Assembly: GCF_028641065.1 (NCBI RefSeq)
Contig: NC_073377.1
Location: forward strand, 108,066,001 to 108,130,000
Reading direction: 5' to 3'
From: Leucoraja erinacea
Taxonomy: Eukaryota
Length of the DNA: 64,000 nt
A model generated the notes under the pieces. The model was not told the DNA's origin and did no database searches. It worked only from the letters and a program-made list of their open reading frames with translations. A program made the position numbers and the translations under genes. Positions within the stretch are counted from its first letter, which is position 1, and each line of letters begins with the position of its first letter. Shown piece after piece: positions 12,556 through 25,978 of the stretch.

Positions 12556-13099
12556 TATATTATACCATCTCATACCATCTATCTTTATGATTTGGATGAG
12601 AATGTACAAGGCATTATTAGTAAGTTTGGATATGACACTAAAATAAATGATATTGTACACAGTGAAAATGGTTGTTAAGAATTACAGCAAGATCTTGATC
12701 AAATGGTAAGTGGTCCGAGGAATAGCAGATGGAGTTTAAATCAGATAAGTGCGTTGCTGTATTTTGGAAAGCCAAACCAGAACAGATCCTTGACAGTGAA
12801 TGTTAGGTCCCTGTGTAGCATTGGAGAGCAGAGGAATCTGGCATAGAAATTAGGACATTATGTTAGCGAGGCTGCACTTGAAGTATTGTCTTCAGTTTTG
12901 GTCAATCCAGCAGAAAGATGTAATTATGCCGGAAAGAGTGCGGAGAACGTTTACAAGGCTGTTGCCAGGTCCCGATGGCCTGTTAGGAGAGTGGCTGTGC
13001 TGAGATGAATTGCTTTTTCAAGGGTAAGTGTGAGGCTTTGAATCAAGAGGCTGAACAAAGGAAACAATATGTTTTTTCTTGTGTGCGATTGCTGTGCTT

Positions 13100-14350
13100 T
13101 TTTCTCTCTTGGTTTTAGTGTGGTAGTGATGCAGATAGAATGATGAAATGCTCCTCCTGCAGGATGTAGAAAGTTAGGAGAACTGCTGGTATTCAGGGTG
13201 ACCACATATGTGGGAAGTGTGCCCATGTGCAGCTTCTTACAGACAGCGTTAGGAACTGCATTAGGATCTTCCGGGAGAAGAGAGCTTCATAGAGAGGAGT
13301 TATAGTGAGGTGGTTATGCCTAAGAAACAAGAAGAGCGTAGATGGGTGACCATAAGGAAATGGAGTAGAGAGAGAGTGCGTGTGAGTTCTGAGGCCATTC
13401 TCCTCCAAAACAGGTACACCATTTTAATACTGTTGAGGGGATGACTTGTCAGGAGTGAGGAGCAGCAGCAGCAGCAGCAGTCAGGTCTGTGGCACCAAAC
13501 CTGGCTCTGAGACACAGTGGGGAAGAATGGCAGGCAGTGCCATAGTGGTCGGAGACTGATTAGTTGGGGGACTGACAGGAGATTATATGGCATCAATAAA
13601 GACTCCAACGTTGTGTGTTGTCTCACTGGTCCCAGGGTCCAGAGTGTCTTGGATCAGCTGCATGACATTCGCAAGGGGAAGGTTGAATAGCCAGAAATCT
13701 TTGTGCATGTTGGCATGAGTGACATAGGTAGAAAAAGTGATGAGGTCCTGTGAAGTGAATATCAGGAGGTAGGCAAATGATTAAAAAGCAGGACCTCAAG
13801 GATAGTGATCTCCAGACTACAACTGGTGATGGTAGGAACAGGAAGATAGGTCGTGTGGCTGAGGAGTTTGTGCAGGCAGCAGGGATTCAGATTTTTGGCC
13901 CATTGGGATCTCTCTGGGGCAGAAGGGACTTGTACAGGAGAAACATGTTGCACCTGAACCAGAGGGCAACCAATGTCCTGGCAGGCAGGCAGGTTCGTTA
14001 GTGCTTCAGATGGGTTTAAACCAGATTAGCAGGGCGCGGGATCCAATGGATGACTGAGGCAGGTGAGAGGCTGGAAGTTGATATGGAAGATAATGAAAGA
14101 AAGTTTAGTGGACAGGATAGGCAGGAGCACGGCAGGGAGCAAGAGAGGACTGTTAGATTGAATTGCATTTATTTTAATGGGAAAGGCCTGATGGGTAAGG
14201 CGGATGAATTTGGGGCTTAGATAGGTACATGCGACGTTGCAGCAGTTAAGGAAACCTGACTAAGGGAGGAACAGAACTGGCAGCTAGAGTACATGTGCTA
14301 GTGGTGGGGGTATTGTGGCAAGGGGTGTTGCCAACTTGATCAAGGAAAAT
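13100..14350 (+). mobile_element. Old CR1 ORF1 (zinc finger plus esterase) and ORF2 start, heavily decayed
   Basis: CSSC...ICGKC motif and degenerate similarity to 7944-9050. Confidence 0.7.
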
Positions 14351-14982
14351 GATCCAAGTGAGGGTACAATAAAGACATGGCAGAAAATCACAACTTGATT
14401 TCCAACAGCGCCGATATATTTACATTCTCAAAAAGTATGGAAATGAACCAAGGAGGGGAATAACAATCTTCAAGGTGATAGATGAAGTGGGAATTGATAG
14501 TGTCTGCAAAATTTAACACAGAAATGTTCAGGTGATACATTTTATTTGGAAGAATGAAGAGCACCAATGCAAGTCAAAAGTTAATATTAAAAGTGTTTTA
14601 AGCACATAGCTTGTTTGTACAGAAATCTTTTAAGGTGGAATGACTAGTTAAAAAAAACAATGAATACAGGATATGGGATCATGGGCTTCATAAATGGAGT
14701 TATTAAGTTCAAGAGCAAAATGTAAACTAACCACCTAAAATGCATTACTAGTTTGGGCAATTCTAATATCGCAATGTGAGCAGATTGAATTCCACCAACT
14801 CCTCCATAACACAACTTAGAACCCACTGTTGCTATAGGAGTACCCCACGGTTTGGGAGACAGGTCAAGCATACTTGTGCCAGGAAGAATAGTTGTATTCC
14901 TCATAACACTCTTGCCACCTAATAACTCCCCCTCCCTCATGCCAGATGCTACCGAACTGGATATGCCTTCTGCCCTCTGCCA

Positions 14983-16882
14983 TTGACTTACCTTCTCAAT
15001 CATTTCTACAACAAACCCATTGATTCCCACGGCTATCTGGACTACACCTCTTCCCACCCTGCTTCCTGTAAGGACTCTATCCCCCTACTCCCAATTCCTC
15101 CGTCTACGCTGCATCTGCACCCAGGATGTGGTGTTCCAAACAAGGGCATCGGAGCTGTCCTCATTCGACTATAGATGAGGCTCTCACCAGGGTCTCTGCT
15201 ATATCCTGTAGCTCCGCTCTCACTCCATATCCCCCCCACTCGTAACAAGGTCAGAGTCCCACTTGTCCTCGCCTTCCATCCTACCAGCCGTCACATACAA
15301 CAGATAATCCTCTGACATTTTCACCACCTCCAACGGGATCCCACCACTGGCCACATCTTCCCATCTCCTCCCTTTCGGCTTTCCATAAAGACCACTCCCT
15401 CTGTAACTGCCTGGTCAATTCATTCCTTCCCACCCAAACCACCCCCTACCCTGGTACTTTCCCTTGCAATCGCAGGAAATGCTACATTTGTTGCTTTACC
15501 TCCCCCCTCGACTCCATCCAAGGACCCAAGCAATTGGTCCAGTTGAGGCAGAGGTTCACCTGCACCTCCTCCAACCTCATTTATTGCAACCGCTGCTCAA
15601 GGTGTCAACTGCTCTACATTGGTGAGACCAAGCACAGGCTTGGCGATCGCTTCGCCCAACACCTCTGCACAGTTCGCATTAACCGACCTGATCTCCCGGT
15701 GGCTCAGCACTTCAACTCCCCCTCCCATTCTGAATCCGACCTTTCTGTCCTGGGCCTCCTCCATGGCCAGAGTCAGTCCCACCGCAAATTGGAGGAGCAG
15801 CACCTCATATTTCGCTTGGGTAATTTACACCCCAGCGGTATGAACATTGACTGCTCCAATTTCAGGTAGTCCTTGCTTTCTCCCTCCTTCCCCTTCCCTT
15901 CCCAGCTCTCCCACTGCCCCGGGGGTTCCCCCCCCATTTTTTGTAATCCAGATTTTAAAACCCGGTGAAATCTCCGCTTTCCGCGAGACAGTGGGGGTGG
16001 GACTGCTGATCGAGGGCGCCGATTGGACGAGAGAGACGTTGGTCAGCAGGCAATGGGGGCGGAACATGATGATTCAGTGCGATGATTGGAAGAAGGAGGT
16101 TTCAGTCAGAGGCAGAAGTACGGGGGTGGGACTGGGGATAGAGCGCGGTGATTGGAGGAGGGAGTCGTCCTGGAGCAAAGATCATGGAGCAGAGCTTGAA
16201 TTGCATGCCCAGGTCATGGGGTCAGCCCTGGACACAGATCTGCGCCTCATCCGCAGCCAGGATCGATCCCGGCTCTCCGGTGCTGCAATCTCTGCCCAAC
16301 GGCCACTGGACCATCCCCGTCTCTACCCGAGTGCCCCCCACCTCCACGCCCGGGGATGGCCAGAGACGTCGGGAGTCAGACGGGAGCAGTGCCCCTAGGC
16401 CCACAGCCAGCGCAGAGAAGCAGCGCTAAACCCAGCTTAACTCTGCCTGTCCCGCCAGGTTAACCTACAGCCCTGCCTGGACTTACGGGAACGACAACCC
16501 AGTCTTACAGCCAGCGCAGTGATGCAGCGCTAGCTCCATGGCTACGGACTGCTGTCCCGTCAGTCCAGGCAGGGCTGTAGGTTAACCCGGTGAGACAGGC
16601 AGAGTTGAGCTGGATTTGGGCCCACAGCTGAAGCCTCCGAAGCCTCGCGTGAGTGTGCGCATGCGCGCGCGGCCGCCTAGAAATTGTGCCCCCCAGTCCC
16701 CCCCCCATGTTTTGATAGCGATTTCCGTGCCTGCAGCTGCCTACTGTCTGCCTCTTCCTTTCTTCTTCCCGCCCCCTCCACATCAGTCTGAAGAAGGGTC
16801 TCGACCCGAAATGTCACCTATTCCTTTGCTCCATAGATGCTGCCTCACCCGCTGAGTTTCTCCAGCATTTTTGTCTACCTTC
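14983..16882 (+). mobile_element. Penelope-like element 3' part with pseudo-LTR, interrupted by a GC-rich insertion (~15917-16735)
   Basis: FYNKPIDSHGYLDYTSSHP; SSNLIYCNRCSRCQLLYIGETKHRLGDRF (GIY-YIG); hammerhead motif at 16788. Confidence 0.88.
16788..16815 (+). ncRNA. Minimal type-I hammerhead ribozyme motif
   Basis: CTGAAGA-A-GGGTC-TC-GACCC-GAAA-TGTC. Confidence 0.6.
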
Positions 16883-17278
16883 TCAATTAGATGGTCAATT
16901 AAGTGCGGTTGGCACCGAGCACGACAGGTACTAAGAAATAATATTAAGAATGTTTTTGAAATTGTCAAGCGTGGTTGGATCATTGTGCTCTTTATGTGAT
17001 ATTCATTCCACAAGTTTCTCAGAAATAGCATCCTGTCGTGATTTGCTTACTACTGGACGTATGCTTTATGTTCTGTATTGTGCTCCTCAAAGGAAAATCA
17101 ATGCAAATTCTTTGATTTGATGGATTGAAGCACTACACCATTGCTGAGCCTACTCAAATGTTTCCAGTACCTTATAGCGGGCATAATATAAGATAAAATA
17201 CCAGAAGGTTGCATTGCCACATAAAAAACTGTGGCAAAGCCCATGGAGAGCTTGCAAATTGACTGCCATGGAACATCC

Positions 17279-17844
17279 AGTTGGTTCAGAATGCTGCTGC
17301 TTGCCTTTTAACAGGGTCTCGAAAGAGGGAGCACATATCGCCAATTCTGGCCTCCCTACACTGGCTCCCGGTGCACTTTCGAGTTCATTTTAAGATACTG
17401 TTATTTGTTTTTAAATCTCTGAATGGGCTCGCCCCGCCTTACCTCTCTGAGCTGCTCCACCCATACGCTCCTGCCCGGTCCCTCAGGTCAGCTGGTCAGC
17501 TGCTCCTGGAGGTACCGAGGTCTAGTCGGAGGCTCAGAGGGGATAGAGCCTTCTCTGTTGCTGCTCCGGCACTCTGGAACACCCTGCCGTTGCACATCAG
17601 ACAGGCCCCCTCACTGTCCATCTTCAAATCCAGTGTTAAAACACATTTGTACTCCCTGGCTTTTGACCATGCCTGAGGCTTTGCTTCTGTTTGTGGTGTT
17701 TTTGATGTTTCTTTATTTTACATGTCTTTTCCTACAATTTCTTTTGATTGTTGTTTTTGGTGTGTATTAACTTTTTTGTCAATGATTAGTGATGTACAGC
17801 ACTTTGTTGCAGCTATGTTTGTTTTTAAAATGCTCTATAAATAC

Positions 17845-17878
<34 letters not shown>
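17279..17878 (+). mobile_element. L2 LINE 3' end with (TAT)n tail
   Basis: VQNAAACLLTG...HISPILASLHWLPV...GDRAFSVAAPALWNTLP; tail at 17843-17878. Confidence 0.92.
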
Positions 17879-17880
<2 letters not shown>

Positions 17881-17923
17881 CTTATCACTGACTACAACAA
17901 TATTCAAAGAGTGAAAGGCTTAC

Positions 17924-18055
17924 CTGAGGCACAGTTGCCATCCCTTTCCATCCAATATTTCAAGAGTGCCTGACTCTGATCCACTAATGAATTAGGATTT
18001 TCAATTCTGATCTGATGAATCTGTTCCTCACTGAAGTCCAGTTCTCTGGCCAGCT
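17924..18055 (-). CDS. ANK2: ANK2 death-domain exon (132 nt)
   Basis: tttgtcag|...|gtaag; (E)[39 protein letters not shown]. Confidence 0.96.
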
Positions 18056-18547
18056 CTGACAAATAAACCAATCATATTTACAAATGGTATCATTAATTTA
18101 TTTTCGAAGAATCACAAAACACTTTTGATTTGAGTTTTTAAATATCAGATTATTCATGGATCCAGAATTCAATGCCCGAGAGTGTGGTGGCCTGAATGTC
18201 TACCCTTGATCTACAACTTTAGGCTGTGCACGCCATACGCAAGAAGAAGAAGGTGGAAGCAGAACTGATAAAATCATTTAGGAAATGTCTAGATGAGCCT
18301 AGCACAGAAAGCTATGGGTCATGTGCTGAATGGTGGGATTAATACTGCTGGGTGCTCACCAACTGGCAGTTGGTGAGCAGTTGTGTCAAATGGCCGGTTT
18401 CCATGCTGTATGTTTCTACGACTATGACTCTGCTGTGAGGATATTTGTTTGTGCTGAGGAAATAAATTTATACAAGACAAAGCATGTTCACAAATGGACC
18501 AAATGATGTAGACTGCAATTAGCATCAATTGGTTAATAAAGCGGTTA

Positions 18548-19057
18548 AGGGGCTGTCCCATTTGGGCGATCTGATTGGCGAGTTCAGATGAATTTGAAAA
18601 AATGACATGTTGAAGACCTCGTTCGACTATGTAGAAGACTTCCTTCGACCTCCTTCGACTATGTTAAAGACCAGCTTCGACTAACTTCGGGAAAATTGGA
18701 CACCGAATAGTGGAGAGTGAAGACGACCTCCTTCGACCTCCCTTCGACTATGATGAAGACTATCTACGTCTACCTTCGACTACCCTCGATTACCTATGGC
18801 TAACATGCCGACCTACTACGATCTACTACGACTAAAAAAAGTATCGATTTTTTCCATGGCGATCTTTTTTTACTCGCGGGCATTTTTTTAACATATTGAA
18901 AACAATGTTGCGACCTAGCTGAGGCCTCAAGTACTCTCGAGCATGAAGGTGAGTTACGAAGACCTCCAACGACCTCGTGTCGACCATGCTGCGAGTATGA
19001 GTCGAGGGCAAACTCGCCAGAACTCGCGGATTAGGTCGGTCAAGTGGGACAGCCCCT
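18548..19057. mobile_element. MITE, probably PIF/Harbinger type
   Basis: TIR aggggctgtccca..ttg / caagtgggacagcccct; TNA flanks; internal cgac-rich short repeats. Confidence 0.75.
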
Positions 19058-19949
19058 TCAGGGTGAGGATTTGTTACTAAGGATTGATGGAGAGAGGATT
19101 GTAGTGGTGATTATACTCAGTCCAGAATAATGTGTTTTGCAGTCAGGGTGTGTGTCAATAATTAAAAGGGACAAAGTTGTCAAGGGGATGGGAAGTTATG
19201 GGGCACTGGGTTGATAGGTTGGGAGTTAGTGGTCAGGGGTGATTTCACATAAGGTGAGATGCCATTCAGGATGGATCAGTTCATTTTGGCAGGTTAGCAA
19301 ATTATGGTTTGTGTTTGTGTCAGGCATGGTTTGTGAGCTTTGAGGTGGGGTAGTGGAAGGGAACTTTGATGTTAATGCATCAGAACAAAAAAATCAACTT
19401 TGCTTCCTGACTAAACCCTTCGCACTTAGTTCTTGATTTTCACTTTCACTTCAGGAATATTTCTACAAAAACAAATTAAAATTTTACACTGCTGTTTTTG
19501 TAGCATGAAGCTTTTTTAAAACCAGGAATTGAAAATCTGACACGTGAAGATCAATGATAAACTATCTGTTGCTGCTTAGAAGACGACCTCGACATTGTCA
19601 GCTTTATTCCAAATTAATGATGCATTTTGTATAATTGTTTACATTATCAAGTTAATTCCTGAATATTTTTCCCCCTGCATGTCATTACACTTCATCAAGT
19701 TTTTATTTAATCGACTTTAAGGTATAGAAATATAACAACATAGATTCTTCACAAAATAACGATTTGAGATTATTTGAGACATGCAACGCTTGTAATTTGT
19801 GATTGGTACAAAACCAGTTAGTTTGGATAGATACATTTGAGGGGAGATCCATCTTCAGGCCAGATTTCAATTTACCTTTCATGTGCTCATATTATTTCTA
19901 ACCCTAACTTTTAGAGAATAACGCCTCCATATCCCCCATTGTTGTAGCG

Positions 19950-21600
19950 CAGAAGGGTCCAGGAGTACATAATTCCCTGAAAGTGGAGTACAGGTAGATA
20001 GGATAGTCAAGAGGCTTTTGTACATTGGCCTTCATCAGTCACAGTATTGAGTAGATAAATTGAGATGCTATGTTACAGTTGTACTAGACTTTGGTGAGGC
20101 AACATTTGGAGAGTATTGTGTTCAGTTTTGGTTACCCTGCTATAGGAAGGATGTTACCATGAAGATTTATCAGTTTGTTGGCAGGACTTGAGGGGCTGAG
20201 GTATAGGGTACATGGAATGGTGCTAAGGAATGTTGGTGAACAGAAGAATATTGGGGTGCAAGTTCATTGTTCCGTGAAAGTTGCAACACAGGTAGATCGG
20301 GCAGCAAAGAAGGGATGTTACAAAGAGTAGGGGAATCAAGAGCCGGAGGACACAGGTTCAAGGTGAGGGGGGGGAAGATTTAATAGGAACATGAACTTTT
20401 TTTACACAAAGGGTGATGGGTATATGGAACAAGCTGCCAGTGGTGGTAATTAAGGTAGGCACTATCAGAATGTTTAAATACCATTTGGACAGTAACATGG
20501 ATAGAGGTTTGGAAGGGTATGGGCCAAACTCAGGCAGGTGGGAAGTGTAGATGGGGCATGTTGATCGACGTGGGGAAGCTGTGCTGAAGGGCCTGTTTCC
20601 ACGCTCTATGATTGTGACACAGAATATAAAAGTTGAGACATAATTTTGCAACTTATACTGGTTAGACTGACCTCAAAGTGTTGTGTGCAGGTCTAGTCGG
20701 CACATGATAGGAAAGATATGGTTGTGTTGGAGATATAAATTCACCTGTTTTTTACCTGGTTTGGAGGACATTGGTTGTGGGAAGAGATTGGATAGGTTGG
20801 GCTTATTTTCCATGGAATATGGGTGACTATGGAATCAGTTGACAGAGGTATATGAAATTTTAAGAGTTATACTCAGAATTCCACCCCCCCCCCCCTTGTG
20901 GTACAGGTATCAAAAACAAGAGGGCAAAGGTTTAAAGTGATGGGAAGGAATGTTAAAGGGCATTTCTTCACAGACAATAATGGAAACTTGCGGCCAGAGG
21001 AGAAGGTAGAGTCTGATACCAATCAGTCCTTATAAGAAACATTTAGGCAGGCACACAAGTAGACGAAGCACAGAAGGATATGGGCCCAATATGAGCAATT
21101 TTGATTAAGCTAGATGGGCGAATAGACTGCCCTGGATGTGATGGGCCAATGGTCCCATTTCTGAGCTGTTCAATTCTGTGACTCCTTGAGAGAGGCTAAG
21201 CATTGTCTGTAGATGAAAATAATCGTTGTACTTGCAGCCATTATAAATCTGATGCACCTTCAGTTGCATATGTCAAGTTGCAACTTTATAATACATTGGT
21301 TAAGTGGTATCTGGAGTATTGTGTGTAGTTCTGGCTACCCTTCTACAGGAAAGATGTAGAGGGCGCAGAAGAGGTTTACCAAATGCTGCCTGGAATAGAG
21401 AGGATTAGCTATAAGGGAGAGGGTGGCATAGTGGTAGAGTTGCTGCCGAATAGTGAGTGAATAGTACACTGCCACAGAGAGTGAATAGTACACTGACATG
21501 TCTGGTGGTGGAAAGAGAGGAGTTTTTAAGATGCTGTCAGGTAGGCACATGGAATGCAGGGATATGGACTGTGTGCAGGCAGATGAGATGAGTTTTTAAG
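19950..21600 (+). mobile_element. Cluster of old CR1 3' fragments
   Basis: Degenerate gagtattgtg..cagttttgg, cacaggtt..aggtgag and tttttcacaca motifs. Confidence 0.7.
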
Positions 21601-21871
21601 AAGGAACTGCAGATGCTGGAAAATCGAAGTTAGACAAAAGTGCTGGAGAAACTCAGCGGGTGCAGCAGCATCTATGGAGCGAAGGAAATAGGCGACGTTT
21701 CGGGCGTTGTTGAATAGGAGTTGCTTGTGCATCAGGACAAGCTATGTGACAAATGCTGGATAGGTCACTGATAGGTATTGTTTAAAAACTAACTGTTCTA
21801 TTTTGGCCCTTCGTTACTGTGAATAAACTCCATCTTGAAGAGGAATTATTGAGAGGAACAAGATGACACAG

Positions 21872-22070
21872 CTTGAGACAAAGGTTCACGTGCACCCACT
21901 CTAACCTCATCTACAGCATCTGTTTTTTCCAGTGCAGCCTCCTGTACATCAGTGAGATCAAGCGCAGACTCACCGATCATTTCCCCGAACACTGGCGTTC
22001 GGTTCGCATTGGCTACCGGATCTCCTGGTTGCTAACCATTTTACCTTCCCTTTCCATTCAAATGCTGACT
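21872..22070 (+). mobile_element. Penelope GIY-YIG fragment
   Basis: RQRFTCTHSNLIYSICFFQCSLLYISEIKRRLTDHF. Confidence 0.75.
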
Positions 22071-22483
22071 ATTATTGTATCTCCCTCAACCCCCTCAACT
22101 GGCAATGTGTTCCTGGCATTCACCACCCTCTGTGTACAAATGTTCGATAAATTTGCCTCACAAAATGTCTTTTACATTTTGCCATCTGACTTTTCCATCT
22201 TGGCTAAAAGGTTCTGATTGTCTACTCTATCTATGCCTCTCATTATTTTATATTCAATCGGGTATCCCTGCAACCTTCAGTGTTCCAGAGAAAACAATCC
22301 AAGTCTGTTCTACCTCTCCCTGTAGCTAATACTCCCTAATCCAGGCATCATTCTGGTAAACCTCCACTGTACCATTTCCAAAGCCTCCACATCCTTTCAT
22401 TAATGGGGCAACCAGAATTGCACGCAATGCTTCAAATAATGCTCATGACTTAATGCATAGGGTAACTGAGTTTAAATTCTTAC

Positions 22484-22564
22484 CTGTCCAGCTGAAACCA
22501 AGGTGGTCAGCAATAAGATAGAGTCGTTGCTCAGCTCTTTCAGAGTCCTCCTGAGCATCCACGG
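22484..22564 (-). CDS. ANK2: ANK2 exon, start of death domain (81 nt)
   Basis: atttaag|...|gtaag; VDAQEDSERAEQRLYLIADHLGFSWT(E). Confidence 0.95.
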
Positions 22565-25500
22565 CTTAAATTAAACAAACAAGGAACAGCAAAGGCATGT
22601 GTATACAATTATGGCAAAACAGTTTATCCATACCAAAGATAATAATCCCATCACTATTGTTAGCAAGGTGCAATACTAAACAAACTCTTTGAAAACTCTT
22701 TGGAAAGTTAATGTCACTGACAAGCCAGTTTGGAGTGAAAGAGGACTAAACTCACTCCTGCCTTTATAATTTTGGAAAGGTCTTCCCATTTTCAGAATTT
22801 TTTATTCTTTAACTTATCTGACTACCATTTGAAAAGAATGCTATTACGATGCTGTTGTCAGTAGACTGCACATCCAATAACCTTCCTGAGATGTTTGAAG
22901 CATAAAAAAAAATTGCACGAGATATTTGAAATAAACATTCAGACAGGGAAACCTGCCACAAGGAGATATTCCAATAACCTGAATGTCAACTAACCACCAA
23001 CCAGGAATACAGCAGACATATTCAACAGTATAAAAAAAGCATGAAAATAATAATTACTTGATGTGAATAATGTTTTTATAACTATTTTTATTTTTGATGC
23101 GAATCTGCATCTTTTTTTACAATCTGAAAATTTTTTTTGGTAAGATTTCAAGGATGATTTGGGAAAAAAATATTGGAATGTTCCATGTCTGAACGACATA
23201 ATTGAAACAGCTTAGATTATATTAAGTCCCGTAACACTCGAGGCAGGGTCGGGAGCAGAAAGTTTATTGAACATATGAACAAATTTTAAAGAAGGTATAT
23301 TAAAAGTATTTCTCTTAAACTGTATATTTACCAATAGAAAGGAAAAAATCCAGGAACATTATCTAAATTAAGTTATGGGAATAAAGCAAAAGAGTTTTAT
23401 CTGAAATGTTAATGTTTGTTCCCTCCACTGACATTGACTAATCTGTTTTGTGTTTTATTTCATATTTCTAGCATCTGCAATATTTAATTTTGTAATTATT
23501 TGCTTGCCTTGTGCATTGTTGTAGGTCTTCGCTAAACTGACAAAATCCCAAACTCTGTCGGCAGCACTGCGATACTGTGTGCAGTTCTGGCCACAGCATT
23601 AAAGGAAGGCATTGGAGAGGTCACAAAACAGATTCAGCAGGATGTTGCTGTGCTTGGAGATTATTAGCTATGGGAGAGGTTAGTCAAACTTGGTTGTTTT
23701 CTCTGCTGAGGCTGAAGAGTGACATAATAGGAATATATAAAATACTGAAAGGCATAGATTAGGGAGATTCTCTCAATCACAGGGTGGAAATGGCATGCAC
23801 CAGAGGACATAGCTTTAAGGTGAAAGGAGGAAAGTTCAAAGGAGATTTATGAGATTAATTTTTTTGACAGAGAGAATGATAGGTGCCTGAAATGCGTTGC
23901 CAAGAAAAGTGATGGAAGAGTGTTTAAAAGGCATTTGGTCAGCACATGAATAGGCTGGAAATGGATGGATATAAACAGGCAGATAAGATTACTTAAAATT
24001 GCCATAACGGGTGACAGACATTGTGGGCCGAAGAGCCTGCTCCTGTTTAATGTTCTATGATTACTCCTGCACAATGTATAGATATTCAAATATAAGTTCA
24101 GAATATCTCAAATAGACATGCAGTGAGCTTCTGCAAGGGAATTCACACTCCAAGTGAAAACCTAAAACAACTTAGGTAGCGATATTTAGATGATTTCTCT
24201 GGGTTTCTGGTGTTCTTCCAATGTTGTTATTGTAGATGGGAGGGCACATTCTCATGACAATCCACTTCCTATATGTGATTATAGCTTTTAGTCTCAGCAT
24301 AACATTATAAACTGGTGCTTACAGTCACATGCTTTGAGGAATTCCAGCCAGAAGACTCCAAGCATCATTTTAGAGTTTTACTTTCACCAATCATTTACTG
24401 CAAAGTGTAAATTAAAATGTGTTAATCCTATTTCATTGGCAGGATAGTTAAGATTTAATTATGTAGCTCTCTTTACACTTGGTCTTCATAGATGACAGTG
24501 TGACCAGTTCTGTTTTGGAAAACTAAAATATCTGCACTCTTCATCTTTGATTTTTATTTCTACTCTGGAGATGTGGGAAATGATGACAAGACAATACTTA
24601 ATCCTTGGCTCGAGTTTCCCCGACACCTTCAGATCAAATTCACACATGGAATTGGAATTATGTACAGATAACGTCACTTTTCCGATAAACAACCTGGTCT
24701 TTGCAGAAATTCTACAGGATTTTTCCAAATTCTGGTTCCACTGTGCAACTACTAGGCTTATTACAATCAGTTTTACAACTTGCCATGCTGGGATTTTAAC
24801 TCATAATCACCAAGTTAAATCTTCTTGGATATAATGGATGCTAGTTGAAGCTATCATACCTATTTTATATATAAAAACCTTCCATCTCTATACATATGGT
24901 GAAAGAAAGTGGCAAATCCTATCACTCACAATGAATAGTATAATGGGGGGGGGGGGGGGCTTTTTTTTTTTAAAAAAAAATCTCACATTAACATACAAAT
25001 GTTTATACAGGAAGAGTATCGGCAATTTGTTTGGAAAGCCAGTATGAAAAATCCATAAACCTTAAAAATGTATCTGTTTTATGATTAACCGTCCCCAAAC
25101 TTTCAATGAAATGATTCCTTCCACTCACATCAGTGCTGAAGTCTAATAAAACTGCTGCTCTTTGTGCTTGTGAGAAACCAATAATCCCCTTGGCCTGGGG
25201 CAGATCATGCAGATATATTACCAAAACCAGAGGTCTAAAACATATCCTTCTAAAACATATCCTTCCTAAAACAAAAGGAGTTTATTTATCTTTTTCACTC
25301 CAAACTGGTAGTGTAGGTGTAATTGAAGCCTTGGTCTCCATATTATATATGAAGCTGGATTTGCAGTGGTATATCTTTTTGAATTTCAATTTTCCCAGTC
25401 TAAACAAGCAAATGTTATGAAGCCAGATGAACATTATATAAAGTAAATGTATTATTTCTCATGTTGTTGAACATTTAAAATGTTTTATGTAAATAATGTT

Positions 25501-25978
25501 TTTATGTTGCATACTATTTGTTTAAAATCACATTAAATATTATGATCAATGCAAATAGACGGAAAATTAAAGTCAGATATAATCCCTTAATTATGTCCAA
25601 ATCTGTATAATTTTTAAAACCATTTATCAATAATGCTAGTTTTGGAGTATCTACCTAGTGTCATAATACTTGTTGTATAAAGTGGGAAAATCAAATTCAA
25701 AATAGTCAAAGGTTTCTAGTTGCCAATGCTAGTTCCCATTGGTGTTTTACTATTGCTTTTCTATGCTTCTGCTTCAGATAGTCTCTTTTTGCCTTTCTAG
25801 CTTGCCAATCTTGAGATCAGTCAAGTAGCACATTACAAAACATAGAAATCATAAAGCCACAACACAAACTCTCACAAGACCACATGAACAACCACAAAAA
25901 CTTTAACCGAATGAACTGCAAAGCTAACTACAAATTCTGCAGCGCAATAGCACAATGAATCCAGTAGATGGCTGGTAC

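Noticed and set aside
3788-12660. Many antisense ORFs (MPPKWITSHL..., MIMADHPTQY...)
   Set aside because: Shadow frames of CR1 ORF2.
24486-24740. Possible extra ANK2 exon after the giant exon
   Set aside because: The only open frame from the best acceptor is phase 0, incompatible with the phase-1 neighbours, and there is no convincing donor.
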